A DNA stretch of 63,076 nucleotides, counting the filler, from Squatina squatina (lineage: Eukaryota): the NCBI GenBank assembly GCA_031763465.1. It is 3 parts of 2 records of this genome, joined end to end, with 100 filler letters (N's around TTAATTAATTAA, not from the genome) between each part and the next. Parts side by side here need not be neighbours in the genome. Positions count along the whole stretch, not along the records: positions 1 to 19,004 come from JARFOE010000001.1; 2 more parts are not named here. One strand, 5' to 3'. A program made the translations under genes and the position numbers. The notes under the pieces were generated by a model. The model had not been told where the DNA came from. It was given only the letters and a program-made list of their open reading frames with translations, and did no database searches. How positions within the stretch are numbered: the first letter of the stretch is position 1; every line of letters begins with the position of its first letter. Positions 1-12,459 of this stretch are shown here, piece after piece.

Positions 1-22
1 CAGATAGGCCTCAGGTTCCCAG

Positions 23-651
23 GTGAGGTTAACAGGTCAGAACTAGAAAAGGCAGCCAGGTATTGAAGGGGACAGAAGAGCCATGAAGAGGAGAAGGCAG
101 AAATAATTTTTAAGCTTTAAACAAGACTGAGGTCTAACGAGGTATGCTGAGTTAGTGGGTGATAGGGTACTGTAATTGTGCTCAGCATTCCTGGGTTTGG
201 GAAGGAAAAATTGACCTTAGTTCTAGCTTCAGATTTCTATCTTATGCCCATTGTTGAAAGTGTGAGTTTTGAGTGAGGACTGGTTCGGGCACAATTGTGA
301 TGCCAAACTGTAGAGTCACAGGGCGGTATTTTCTGAAATCACGAGGAAATTATGGGAAAATGGGGCAGTAAGGCCTATGACACTTCCCAATGCTGAGTTA
401 AATTTTCCTGCTGCCACGCCTGGGCCCCCCTGATTGAAGGTGGCAGTAGACCTGGGGTAGTGTCAGTAATGGCATCGAGAGAAAGGGCCTAATAGAAACC
501 TCCTCTCCTCTCATTTCAGTCCGATGGGCACATCTCTTTAGACCTCGGTCTTGGTTAAAGCCTAAAAATGATTTTTGTCTTCTTCTCTTCATGGCTCTCA
601 GTCCCCTTCAATACCTGGCTGCATCTTGTGTTTCTGGACTGTTAACCTCAC
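23..651. repeat. ~120-bp imperfect inverted repeat pair (arms ~23-145 and ~531-651)
   Basis: The reverse complement of 531-651 aligns to 23-145 in blocks such as GTGAGGTTAACAG, GCAGCCAGGTATTGAAGGGGAC, GAGCCATGAAGAG and CAAGAC-GAGGTCTAA. Confidence 0.85.
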
Positions 652-999
652 TGCCACAGAATATGGAATGTTTGCCTTGTGACAAAGAGCTCCCTTTTGG
701 TGGGCAGATCCTACTGGGAGACCACTTTACATCTATAATGACTCCTCACCCAGGAAAATGGGTCAGGGTTGTGGCAGGGTTGATAGACTGGGCAGAAGTC
801 CCACCCCACAACTATCAAAAAAATTCAAACCACACACTTTATTGAGATACTGGCGGTTGACCAGTGACTATGGAAACAGATGTAATCAATTGATTAACAC
901 CTTCAGGAGATGATGAAGAGAGGCAGCAAATTGGCTGAGAAAGAAGGAGCAAAAATCAATTTTAAACATTACTGATGAATTTTGTGTTTATCATGCTGG

Positions 1000-1310
1000 G
1001 GCTAGACTGAGTTCGATGCAATATAAAACTCCCTCTACTGTGCCCCAACAACATGCCATCATCCTAACTTCAGTGGAGGACTTTCTACTGCTGGGTCAGT
1101 GCATAATTTCATTTTTTACAGTAGCCATCTTATGATTCCTGTCGCAATCTGATTATTGTTGAATGCTGAATGATGCAATATTTCTGCTTTAGACATGACT
1201 AAAAGGATCATAATTAAGTATTTCTTACAGTCAGTGGGCAACTTTTATTCCATCAATCTGGCCTGGATTCAACCCCAGGTCTCAAGGAAGAAAGGATACT
1301 GTACTGACAT
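1000..1310 (-). mobile_element. Eroded tRNA-derived SINE, LF-SINE-like
   Basis: Minus strand has a head CCTTTC..GAGACCTGGGGTTGAATCCAGGCCAG (B-box-like) and a 3' block GTCCTCCA..GTTAGGATGATGGCATG..GGGCACAGTAGAGGGAG. Both resemble the LF-SINE consensus as I remember it. Confidence 0.45.
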
Positions 1311-3499
1311 GTAACATCCAGTAAATAATCCATATTAATCCCTTTTGGATTTTAAAAAGCTTACAACAGTGAGCAACCAGCATCTTGCAAACAGCATGTG
1401 TTTTTTCTGTGGCTGTATTACTGCTCTTTGAATGCTTTGTTTAGCTGCCCTGCCAATGCACTCAGTGTGTGATAAAGAAATCCATCAAGCAGAAAGGAAC
1501 AAGCAGCCTTCTCTTGTTAATAAAGTTAGGGATCTTAAACTTCGATTCTAATGTTCAGACAAATAAAATTGTTTGCGTNNNNNNNNNNNNNNNNNNNNNN
1601 NNNNNNNNNNNNNNNNNNNNNNNNNNNNNNNNNNNNNNNNNNNNNNNNNNNNNNNNNNNNNNNNNNNNNNNNNNNNNNATTTCACAGTCTCTCTGGTTAA
1701 TGTCTGATTTGCATTGGATTTGATTTTTAAATAAAGCTGTTGCAAACTGTGTGCAGAGAACAACCTGCTTACAGAACCAGGCCAGGAAATTTGAGTGAAA
1801 CTCAGAGTAGGCGAAAAAGGAGTCAGCTTTTGAACTCAAAATCTTTGCAGTCCCACTCCTATAACTCTCAGGAATTTCTAGTCAGTGGCACTGATGATTT
1901 ACAGAAACACTAAAAGAGCTGGTCCTATTTTACCACCAAAAACATAAAAAGATACAAAACAGTTGCAGAAAGCTGATTAAATGCAGGTGTTTGCTTGTTG
2001 CAGCCTCAGTAAATCATACTGTAACAAACAGTTTGATTCTGAAGAAGACTTTAATTACAACCTTATAGGTTGGTCGTAATGCCTTCTGGCATGTTTAACT
2101 CTCGTCAAAAGGCCCCTGTGAAAGAAACAGGTGTACAGATTAATTAAATCTAACCGAAATGTTCTTTGGTGACTTGACCCATGACAGTGTAAGGTACTGT
2201 ACAGTGGACAATGCATGTTGCACGTGCACTTAGGAAATGGGTTTCAGGCACAAAGTACTCTTTATCGTAATGCATGAAGAGAATACTTTGTGAATTTGGT
2301 TGACACTATTCTATAGTAATCTTTATGGCAGCAGACAATCTACTAAACAAGATTTATTTTAATAACAGGTGTTTTCATCTTTAGCGCTGATGCAGATATG
2401 ACTATATAACTCCTTGGAGAATAATCTGTTTCTGGGGCAGCTTTCCAGTTCAGAGCTCACTAATTACATAAAGCTTTAAGGGATGAATGTAGCTTTATAA
2501 TAAAATTGTTTCATTCTCTCCACTTTTAATGCGCAAGCATGTACTGTACATTGATTCCAAAGCTTCAGTCACTTAATTTACTATTAAATATGAAATTCAT
2601 TTAATGTTTTATTCTGCAAAACATTGCTTCTGGTTATTAGTAACACATGTGGTCAATCAATAAATGCTAAGCCTATTACCCTGTATATGTTAAATAATTA
2701 AATCTGGTGCTAGTGTTATGTGGTGATCTTCTGGGCCATTTAATTTGCAATGGGGCGGCGTTAAACAGGAGTTAGACTAGCATTATCAAACAGACAGTTT
2801 ATTTATTCGCAACAAATTGTTTGTTTCCCCTGCAAACAATCTGAAACACCACAGATCAGCAACACTTGCATTAATTGTAAGATATAGAAATATGAACAGA
2901 GACGGAGAGAGAGAGCACTGTCTTTGCGTGGACATTTTTAAGACCTCAGCAATAACTTTGCTATTTTAAGTAAGTGCAGTTTGTTGCAAATGACACTAGT
3001 GGAGGGTCAGGAGATTGTATGGGAACCGCTTCTGATGCCTGGGCAGCTTTCGTTTTAGTTTGTTTTTAAGGCGAGGGATATTTTTGAATCATACATAGCC
3101 TACCTAGCTTATTCACAACTGTTTGTGATGTTAACTTCAGGAGCAAAGCACACAGTGTGTGATCTACCGTTAGGTGTGTAACAAATGCTTGTGGTTCAGG
3201 GAGGTTGGACAGAGCACGTGCAGTTACTAGAGTAACTCATGGCAGGGGCTATGTTGGTCAATGTTTGTTCGTTCAATTAGAGATCTGTTGCCAGCAAGAA
3301 GTAAACAGCTGTCAGTGCTAGGTTTGGTTAGCCAGTTCCTATATTTGACTAGGCCAAAGGAGTAGGAAAGCTGGAGAACTCAGGGAGAATCATGGCCCCT
3401 GGAAAGAGGCAGAGGGGATGTTAGCATATACCCATGCCCAGTGAGAACTCCACTTGAGTTAAGTCAGAAGGTCCCATGCTAACACTGTTCAATGCTCAG

Positions 3500-3799
3500 G
3501 TCAGACCTGGAGTATTGTGCTCAGTTGTGGTTACCAAGACATAAGGGGAAATATTAAAGCTCTGGAGAGGATGCGGANNNNNNNNNNNNNNNNNNNNNNN
3601 NNNNNNNNNNNNNNNNNNNNNNNNNNNNNNNNNNNNNNNNNNNNNNNNNNNNNNNNNNNNNNNNNNNNNNNNNNNNNTGGGGAGAAAGCGGGAACAGGGT
3701 ACTGAATTAGACGATCAGCCATGATCATATTGAATGGCGGAGCAGGCCCGAAGGTCCGAATGGCCTACTCCTGCTCCTGCTCCTATTTTCTATGTTTCT
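3500..3799 (+). mobile_element. CR1-clade LINE 3' fragment (HER1-type tail), gapped
   Basis: RT-end motif RPGVLC/LEYCAQLW before the gap. After the gap lies the tail GATCAGCCATGATCATATTGAATGGCGGAGCAGGC...CCTACTCCTGCTCCTATTTTCTATGTTTCT, which recurs several times in the window. Confidence 0.8.
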
Positions 3800-4656
3800 G
3801 TGGTGATGGGGAAGGAAACGAAGTCCCTTCTCCTACTTTGGAGAGCCTCTGTGACTTCCCACATGCAGCGATGGACAGTGAACTGTGAGATGTTAGCTGT
3901 GTCTTCTGTTGCAGACTGGAAGGATCCGTCGGTGAAGAAATTGAGGACGACGGTGACCTTGACTGTCAATGGGAGAGCCGTGGTTGCCCTGATCTGAGAC
4001 CGGAGGTCTGGTTGCAGGAGGTGGCAGAGTTCTGTGACCACCTCCTTGGTGAAGTGGAGCCTTCTAATACACTGCTCCTGGCTTAAGTGCAGGTAGAAGT
4101 GCTCTCGAAGACCCTAGCTGGGTAAGGCCTTCTGCTCCCTCTGTGAGCATCTTGTCCTCTTCTCCCCTGCCTCTGCTCCATCTCCTATCATACTTGAGCA
4201 CGAAGGGGCTGCAAGTAGAGCCCCCATGACTGGGAGCAAGTGGTGTGAGCAGTAAGCCTTTAAATGAGAAGCAAGGTATTTTCCACTTGCAGCAACACTC
4301 CCTGTGACCTCAGGAACTTTAGAAAGCTCTAAACAGTTGCGCAAACCTAGACAGAGCCAGTAAACGGAAAAAGCAAGTCCGCTGCAAGTTGTGGATGATC
4401 CCTTTAAATGGTACTGCTGGGGGCGGCAATGTCCAAAATGGCAGATTGTGCATCAAATCAGCGTTGTACATTCACCAATATCACAATCTCCCAAATCTAA
4501 TTATCTGGAGTGAGCGCTGGCAACAGCAGTGCTACTGACCTTTCCAAAATGGCGACCATCGCAGGACCTGCCAGAAGCAGGCGGAAATGAATCGACTGCC
4601 ACTTTTTCATCGAAATGGGCCTTAACAGCCGTGTTAAACCTCAGAATTTCTGGGCC
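3800..4656 (-). mobile_element. Harbinger/PIF transposon 5' part with degraded transposase N-terminus
   Basis: Translation EQCIRRLHFTKEVVTELCHLLQPDL..ALPLTVKVTVVLNFFTDGSFQ..ISQFTVHRCMWEVT is HARBI1-like. The end reads GGCCCAGAAATTC on the minus strand at 4656 (TIR-like). It is truncated by the CR1 tail at 3799. Confidence 0.8.
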
Positions 4657-4659
4657 TAT

Positions 4660-4745
4660 AATTTTTTCTGGGAAGGGTGATGAAAACTGAACACAGTATT
4701 CGAGCTGTGGTCTGATCATTGAACTGTAGAACCTTAGCATAACTT
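4660..4745 (-). mobile_element. Old CR1 RT fragment
   Basis: MLRFYSSMIRPQLEYCVQFSSP matches the CR1 RT motif LYKxLVRPxLEYCVQFWxP. Confidence 0.65.
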
Positions 4746-6967
4746 GAGGGATTAATCTTATTCATCAGCGCTGCCAGTGCGAGCCTCGAGGGGGCTGTGC
4801 AATTACAAAATCAGATGTGCAATCATGATTTAGGACTGACATCAAAAAGTTAGTGTCACACAGAATGATCCAACAATAAATGGAGGAACTTCTTGTTTCT
4901 TAAATGACTCTAGGGTAAGGTCTCCACTGGATGCTGCAGTGAGAGCGACGGTGAGTGGTGGGGGTGGGGGGAGGTCATTAAAGTCTTTCTGGTTGGAGGA
5001 ATGAAGATGGACTGAATGACCTTTCTCATTCTTGCTTTTCCATATCAATACATTTTGGTTTAACTACATTAATGCGATTGTCAATATGTATGATTCATAA
5101 GTCCACATCGTGATTCCATAAAATCTTGATTTCTTAAGCTAAATTGAGTGTTTTCTATATACAGGAAAACTTTATTATATTTACAAAGGGCCTTTTATTC
5201 TACCGTTATATAAATTTAATTACCCGGCACATTACGTACACCAGAATTTTCAACCAGCTCCATGCTTTCGACAGCGATTGCTTGTCTGGGAATGCACTTG
5301 CCATGTTTATTTTGTCTGCACACATTCTGTTATCTTTGAGCCTATTATTGTTATCTGGAGGATGAAATGTAATTGACTTTCTTGTGGTAAGTATTCACTA
5401 GGTGACCCCGAATGTACTGACGTGATTTTTAGGACAAGGGTACACTTGTAGAGATTAGAAGCTGCAATGAGGCAGAGCACATTCTTCAACCATTACAAAT
5501 TCAACGCTTTGCATTCCTGAATGCTGGATAACAGTAAGTAATCAGTGAAGACCAAGGTCTATATTCACAAGAATGTACATTTGTGTCAAGGCTCCTATCA
5601 GTTTAGAAGCAGATAGGTAAAATAAATATCCTGTTCTTGATGTCTCCGTGTAAAACCATTGACAACAGTTACTGAAAATGAATCTATTCTTAACAGCTTT
5701 TCTCAGTATAATTCTGTCTTAACCCCCTGTTCAGTTTAGTTCTCATACACATACTAAAATTTTCAATTCATTGATTTATTTTCCCCCTGCTAGGTTACTA
5801 GGTCACTAGGTCACATTCAGTAGTAAAAACTATTCAACACAATAGTTTCCAACTGAGAAATTTTTATTGAAGCTTGTTTACTGTGTCTTTGTTGTACTAT
5901 GAGTTGCTACCATTGTAGGCAGATTGCTGCTTGGAAAAGAGGCTGCTGCACCATAGGCTTGNNNNNNNNNNNNNNNNNNNNNNNNNNNNNNNNNNNNNNN
6001 NNNNNNNNNNNNNNNNNNNNNNNNNNNNNNNNNNNNNNNNNNNNNNNNNNNNNNNNNNNNNCTGTATCTTCAAACATATTGTGCAGATATTCAAATTAAT
6101 TCCTCTAATTCCATATTCATGCATCATCAATACATTTAAAATATGACTGCCTCCTTCCTATTTCTGTCATGTGTAAGCTTGATCAATTTCCATTCTTGTT
6201 TTATGATGAAAAGTACAAATTTTGATTTATGACAACTAAAATTAACAGTGCATTTTCAGCACAGCTTAATTAACACTGGCCATCTAATTATAGCCAAATT
6301 TAGCCTCAAATTCCTCTCCATTTGGCTGAAAATCAAGGGGTCTCCGACTTAAAGTGCAAGTATACATATGTATCTCATATGTTTGATGAACTCAGATTGT
6401 AAAGTTAGGTTTTGACATAGATGCTTTTTTAATAATTCCATACAATGCCATGATGTACTACTCAGTGCTGGATGAGGGACTCTTGTGAGATTTAACTAAT
6501 CAATCATGGAACAATGACTGCAGTAAAAGGTCCATTAGGACTGCACTACACTCATTCCATAAATTCAGAAGCTCATTAAGGCCTGTTTGTATANNNNNNN
6601 NNNNNNNNNNNNNNNNNNNNNNNNNNNNNNNNNNNNNNNNNNNNNNNNNNNNNNNNNNNNNNNNNNNNNNNNNNNNNNNNNNNNNNNNNNNNNGATTAAT
6701 GGATGTTATGTTTTAATTTGCTACCCAGAGAGTACAGTTTCTGAGGTACTGTAAAATATTTCTAAATCTTTACTGGATATAAATTAAACCAACAAAGCAA
6801 CTATATATCATTCTGCCCATTGATGACTTCAGTAGTATTTTTTCACCACATACTATATGGTATTCCATAGTGTCAAGAGTCAGTTAAAAAATACCACATT
6901 CAACTTTGACTATCAACACTTAAAATTTATAGCCTTACATAACACTGATTCATAAAACGTTGTATTT

Positions 6968-9340
6968 GGCCATGAAATTCAGGGGTGTAACGCCTTTCAT
7001 TAAGGCCAGTTTTGTGGAAAATATGGCAGGCGCCTCGCTTCAGCCGCTTCCAGCTCAGAACAGAGCTGCCATTTTGGAGAGGTTGTTCGCGCTGCCATTG
7101 GCAGCACTTGCCTTTCGCATTTAAATATGCAGATCTTGATGTTAATCAGCGTGCAACACCTGAATTGATGCATGACTGCGATTTTGGACACTGCCCATCT
7201 CCATACTGCCTTCTCCAAACCACGCATTGAAGAACATGCGTGCATCAGTACTATACAGACATTGCAGGGTTTTTTAAAGGGACTCACACATTTTTCAGGT
7301 ACGTTTCGATTTCAGCTTTTAATTTTTTTTTAATTTTATTGGAATAGTGGTTTTTGGCTTTTGCAATACATTTAAAAAGTTGTTAAAGTATGCAGGGAGT
7401 GTTGCTGGACACTTGCAAGGCTTTGGATGTGAAAGGAAGGCCTCTGAGAAGACCAATTGCTCACAGTCCTCGGGAATCTAGTTGCANNNNNNNNNNNNNN
7501 NNNNNNNNNNNNNNNNNNNNNNNNNNNNNNNNNNNNNNNNNNNNNNNNNNNNNNNNNNNNNNNNNNNNNNNNNNNNNNNNNNNNNNTTTATGGTTTTGTT
7601 GTCGGGTGGGTAGAAACCTAGTGCAACACGTGGCAGCCATATGGGTGTAGTGCATGAAGGTAAGTAAATCTGGCCATGATGCAGCAATGTGCTCAGGTGC
7701 TAGTGGCATCCGGGCCTCAGGATCCTCCTTCTCCTCCTCCTTGTCTTCCAGCTGACCCTCCTCCTCCTCTGAAGAGGCTATGCACTCAGAGCCTCATTTC
7801 ACATGCAGTGCTAAACCTCGCTACTGCACCATGCTGTGCCGCCGCAGCAGACGACTTTAATTCTGGAGACCCTGGCTGGTGCATACTGAGGGCTCCTCCA
7901 GATCTGTCAAGGCATCGAGTGAACATGTGGCTTTCATTACATCTCTCCTCAGCCTCAGTACCTGGCCTCCACAAGGATGTCATGAGCCGCGTCTTCAGTG
8001 GCTAGCTCTTGTCTCCAAGCAGTCAACCAGAAAGTCTGTTTGGAGATGCAAAGAGCTGAGGGACAGTGGACTGGCGAAGGATAAAAAAGTCATGACGGCT
8101 GCCAGGGAATTTGGCGCACACATGCATGATGATCTTCTTATGGTTGCAGAGCAGCTGCACATTGAGGGAGTGAAAGCCTTTGCACTTCACAAACACTCCT
8201 GGGTTATGATGGGGTGCCCTATTGGCCACATATGTGCAGTCGATGACACCCTGCACCTGTGGGAAGTCAGCCAAAGCGGCAAAACCCAGCGCCCGCTTAG
8301 TAACACTGGCGTCATCAGTGGCAAAGCTGATGTAATTGGCTGACTTATCAAACATGGCATCAGTGACCTGTGTGATGTGTCTGTAGGCAGCTGACTGCAA
8401 GGTGCCACAAAATGTCTGCTGCAGATCATGGGAGAAGCCTGAGGTGGAGGAATTGAGGGCACTGGTGACTTTGACAGCCACTGGTAAGGTATGTCCACCA
8501 GATCCTCTGAGCTGAAGGTCTTGTTCCAGCAAGCTGCAAATGCCTTTGACGACCGTGCACGATAGCCTGAGCCTCATTTGGCACTGCTGCTCAGTCATGT
8601 TGAGCAAGCTCATCCTCTGCTTGTCTGCCTGTTTGGAATATCACCTCTGGCACAGTGCAGCCCTGTGCTGATGTCCTCTGTTCTGTGGACCATCAGGTGG
8701 TTGAGGAGAAGCTGTTGTTGCTGCTGTTGATGTGCCTGGTGGTGTTGAGACTCATCCTGGTCTGCTTCTGAGGACCAAGGTGAGACAGTATAAACGGCAC
8801 CCTTGCTGATGTAATAGATGGCAGGTCAAATGGAGATCAGAGAAGCAATCTGTCAATGGTATGATAGGCAGTAACAATGAGGTAATAGTGGTTTCCAAAT
8901 TTGCAGAAAAGGCTTGAAAACTCTAGAGGCCTAAATCTGTGCTGAAAATGCACACTGCAACTGCATTTCCCTTAGGAAAGTAAGCAGGTGCCATGTGGCA
9001 GTATTTATTGTGCTTTCCATGCTATGCAGTAATGACTTCAATCAGTGGCCACTGAACTGCTGCTTCAGCTTGACAGACCTGCATGATTCCTGTGGTCATC
9101 CAGTGAAGTTCAAAAGGGCTGGTTAAAAAGATGGTTAAGGGTGTGACAACAAGGTGATAATGATCTAAATTAGGTCACCTGCCTCTGCCGTCCGGGTCGC
9201 TGCCATGTTGGCAAACATGCCCGAGTTAAAGTCGTGAGGAAGCGGGATGATGGTGGGTTCCCAACCTGCTCTGATTTATTTCCACTTTCACTCCCAACTG
9301 CCTCCAATCCCGCACGCACGAATGAATGAAAATTCTGGCC
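6968..9340 (-). mobile_element. Harbinger/PIF DNA transposon, near full length but decayed (contains a gap)
   Basis: Carries a transposase pseudogene. Imperfect terminal inverted motifs GGCCATGAAATTC (6968-6980) and GAAAATTCTGGCC (9328-9340). The gap at 7487-7586 means the two ends may belong to different copies. Confidence 0.65.
7786..8613 (-). pseudogene. Harbinger DDE transposase (HARBI1-like) pseudogene
   Basis: Motifs [25 protein letters not shown] and KFPGSRHD, then G*LLGDKS*PL (two stops in the WLLGDxxYPL motif) and RCLDRSGGAL. Confidence 0.9.
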
Positions 9341-10863
9341 ATTGTTTTTACGGCCTCAAAACCGTGATATTTCAGACTATGTAACATGCAAACTCTAAAG
9401 TGAATTAATTCCATTTTATTATACTATTCGTTTCTCATTTAAACAAATCCTATTTTTTCCTGGAGAAAATATTTGAGTAATGCAATTTTTTAAAATTACT
9501 TTATTGAAGCTATTCCACAAGTAGTTACTTCTACTTTCAATATCCAAGGAGCCATTATGAACCTCTTCATCAGCATAAAGCTACATTTAGGTTTGAACAA
9601 AATGCCTGCAGGATAGCATTAACCTATATTATATTTAGAATTGCACTGCTAGAGATGTGAAGTGACCTTCAGTTCGAGGGTCAGATCCTGAGTCACTATC
9701 AAAACCCTTGACCCATATTATGGTATTAACATCTCATTTGTGATAGTCTAGTGCACATCCAAAAAAAAGAGTGACAGTGGCTGTCCCAAGTTAACCTAAA
9801 CTGAGACAGAACAGAAATTCATGACTACATTTATTCTTACTTTATAACTGCTTGATGTCTTAACCATTCTCAGCATTTTGGGAGGTGGATTTATGGGCTG
9901 GGAGAGAAACGTCAGACCCCTCAGAAAGTAAACATCAATTTGCTGCTGTTTTTCTTTCCAAACCATTCACAAAATGATTTGTGTACAAATGCACTTTCAC
10001 TAAACAGTAATAAATGAGGCATGTGTGTAACTTAATGATTTATCACACAAGAGTACCCCCCACCCCTACACACACAAGATTTCAGATACAAGAACATTCA
10101 ATTAAGAGAATTGGGTTGAATCATATTAATGGATTTAAAAGAAAGAAAATTGTGTCGGCTGAGAACTTGAGCTGATTGAATTGAGGNNNNNNNNNNNNNN
10201 NNNNNNNNNNNNNNNNNNNNNNNNNNNNNNNNNNNNNNNNNNNNNNNNNNNNNNNNNNNNNNNNNNNNNNNNNNNNNNNNNNNNNNTCTTACTCTTATTC
10301 TCCACAAATTCTTTCATAATTGAAGAGATACTTTTTAATTTTTTAACTATTAGAGATTCATATTTTCTCCATTGGATTCCATTCTGAAAGTCCTTATTCT
10401 GAATTTGAAAGAATGTAAGACCTCTAAGCAAAATAAACTCACCATCAACAGCAGAGGGATGTAGTTAAGGCATTCATCTTGTCCTGTGAATGATTTTTCC
10501 TCATATAGATTTAAATTGTTTTCTTTAGAATAACACTGCAGCTATTGTTCACCTATTCTTTTGAATGTGCCTTTGTTAAAAATTCTGGCATGATTTCTTG
10601 CTTGTTATATAAATGTGGGTCTTGGTTGGGCAATTAACATTGCTCTGAAAGATATTTTGTTCCACTGTGATTTGGCAGTTAAAGCATACAATTATAATTT
10701 GAATTGGCCCATCATTTATGTTGAATGATATATATATATATTTTAAAAATGAAAAATAAAGAAGTAAATTCTATTTCAGTGTTGTCCAATAAAAACCACT
10801 AAGGAGCCACTGGTGTGACTACGACGACACTGTTTTAGCCACATGCGCTAATTCAAGTAGAAA

Positions 10864-10969
10864 GGGCACCCAACTGGTCTTTTGTAAGTTGTTGGCTATA
10901 TGGGCCCAAAAAGTGTGGGTGCCCAATTGGTATATTTTATGTTTGTGGCTATATGGGACCAATAAGAGT
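10864..10969. repeat. Two-copy tandem duplication, 53-bp unit
   Basis: GGGCACCCAACTGGT...TGGCTATATGGGCCCAAAAAGTGT is followed at 10917 by GGGTGCCCAATTGGT...TGGCTATATGGGACCAATAAGAGT. Confidence 0.8.
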
Positions 10970-12065
10970 AAATTTTGCATCCGTTTTGCGCCATTATTTT
11001 AAATGAAGATTTGGTCTCATAGAAGATTTTTTGGGATCACAATTAAAACTGGTGGTAAAAACCAGCGCTGTCGGGACTAATGACACTTAGGTTTATTCAG
11101 CAGACCAATTGTCAGTCCGATGTAAGGAGCTGCTATCAGGTGTCAGGCCACCTCNNNNNNNNNNNNNNNNNNNNNNNNNNNNNNNNNNNNNNNNNNNNNN
11201 NNNNNNNNNNNNNNNNNNNNNNNNNNNNNNNNNNNNNNNNNNNNNNNNNNNNNNAAAATAGAAAAATATATTAAAACCTGCTAAATGTCACTGTTTTAAA
11301 TCTTATCTTAATGCCATAGAGATTTACATTTCCACTTACGGAAGAGGGGAAATTCTCTGCACAGGAAGCTTATGTTGCTGGCTTAAACCAGACGAGTGAC
11401 TCCATGACCAAGATTACAATTTAAAGATAAATAATATATAAATGGAAAGTGCTTTATTCTCTCTGAGGAGAAACCACATTTATCAATAGGAGAAGGCCAC
11501 ATTAGTTTAGGATGAGGTTATTAAACTCCTGCTGTTAAGTAAGATAGAAGTAAATTTCTTTCCATAACAACTTTCCCTAGTGGGGGACATCAGTTTGTTA
11601 TCATAATGTTGTGTTGAAATAAGCATTAGTTTGTGATACAGTGAAAAAGTGGATCTATTTTATCAAACTAATTTATCACCAGCACCCTAACATCTATCAA
11701 GTAGAAGCTGATTCAATGCAGTCCTGGCTTCCAGTAGGGTGATAATCTATGAAGATAGTGCACCATTGCTGATGTATACACAACTGAGGTCTTGAATTCT
11801 CTTCCAAGTTAATAACATATTTATAAAATTCACTAGATAGGGCAAAGAGCATGCTCTGGTGTATCATTCTGGGATAAATGAATATATTTAAATAAAAGAA
11901 TGTTATGGAAAATTCTAAGAACTTGAGAATTTTCTGGAAGCTTCTTGGTAATGGTATGGGGGAGGNNNNNNNNNNNNNNNNNNNNNNNNNNNNNNNNNNN
12001 NNNNNNNNNNNNNNNNNNNNNNNNNNNNNNNNNNNNNNNNNNNNNNNNNNNNNNNNNNNNNNNNN

Positions 12066-12459
12066 CTGCTGGCCACTAAAGGTCAGGTTGACCCTGATTT
12101 AGGTAAACATTTCCCAGAGCACAATGCCACACATGTCCTGAGACAGGTACGAGTGCAGGAAGGGCATTGCTTGTTGTAGATATGATGAATGAGCTGTATA
12201 TTGGCCTGGATTTTGTGGTCAGTGTGAAGGGACTCTTCATGACCTCTTCTTCCTGCAAATCAGGTTTCACTGAGTGGAATGCAGTGGCAGGTTACATGAG
12301 GTTCCCGTGAGTCAGATGGCACCTTAGCCACCTAAAAAAAGGGCTGAGTTAAGGTGGTGGCTAGCAGGCATCGAACATTGGGCCAGTAAGTTTTCGGAGG
12401 CAATTTTAACTGGTCAACTATTCCATTCCTGCCAGGCAGCGGTGGGTTAAAATCACCCC
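12066..12459. mobile_element. Probable non-autonomous DNA transposon fragment
   Basis: GC-richer block in an AT-rich context, ending in a TIR-like GGGTTAAAATCACCCC. The other end is lost in a gap. Confidence 0.35.

Noticed and set aside
8023-8613. Host HARBI1 gene
   Set aside because: In-frame stops in the catalytic WLLGD region, a deletion near the third catalytic residue, TIR-like ends and a second family nearby indicate a transposon relic.
10443-10483. 41-nt minus-strand exon candidate (CAG|..QDECLNYIPLLLM|GTGAGT), vaguely semaphorin-like
   Set aside because: Weak polypyrimidine tract, too short to assign, and no partner exons seen. It would need RNA-seq support.
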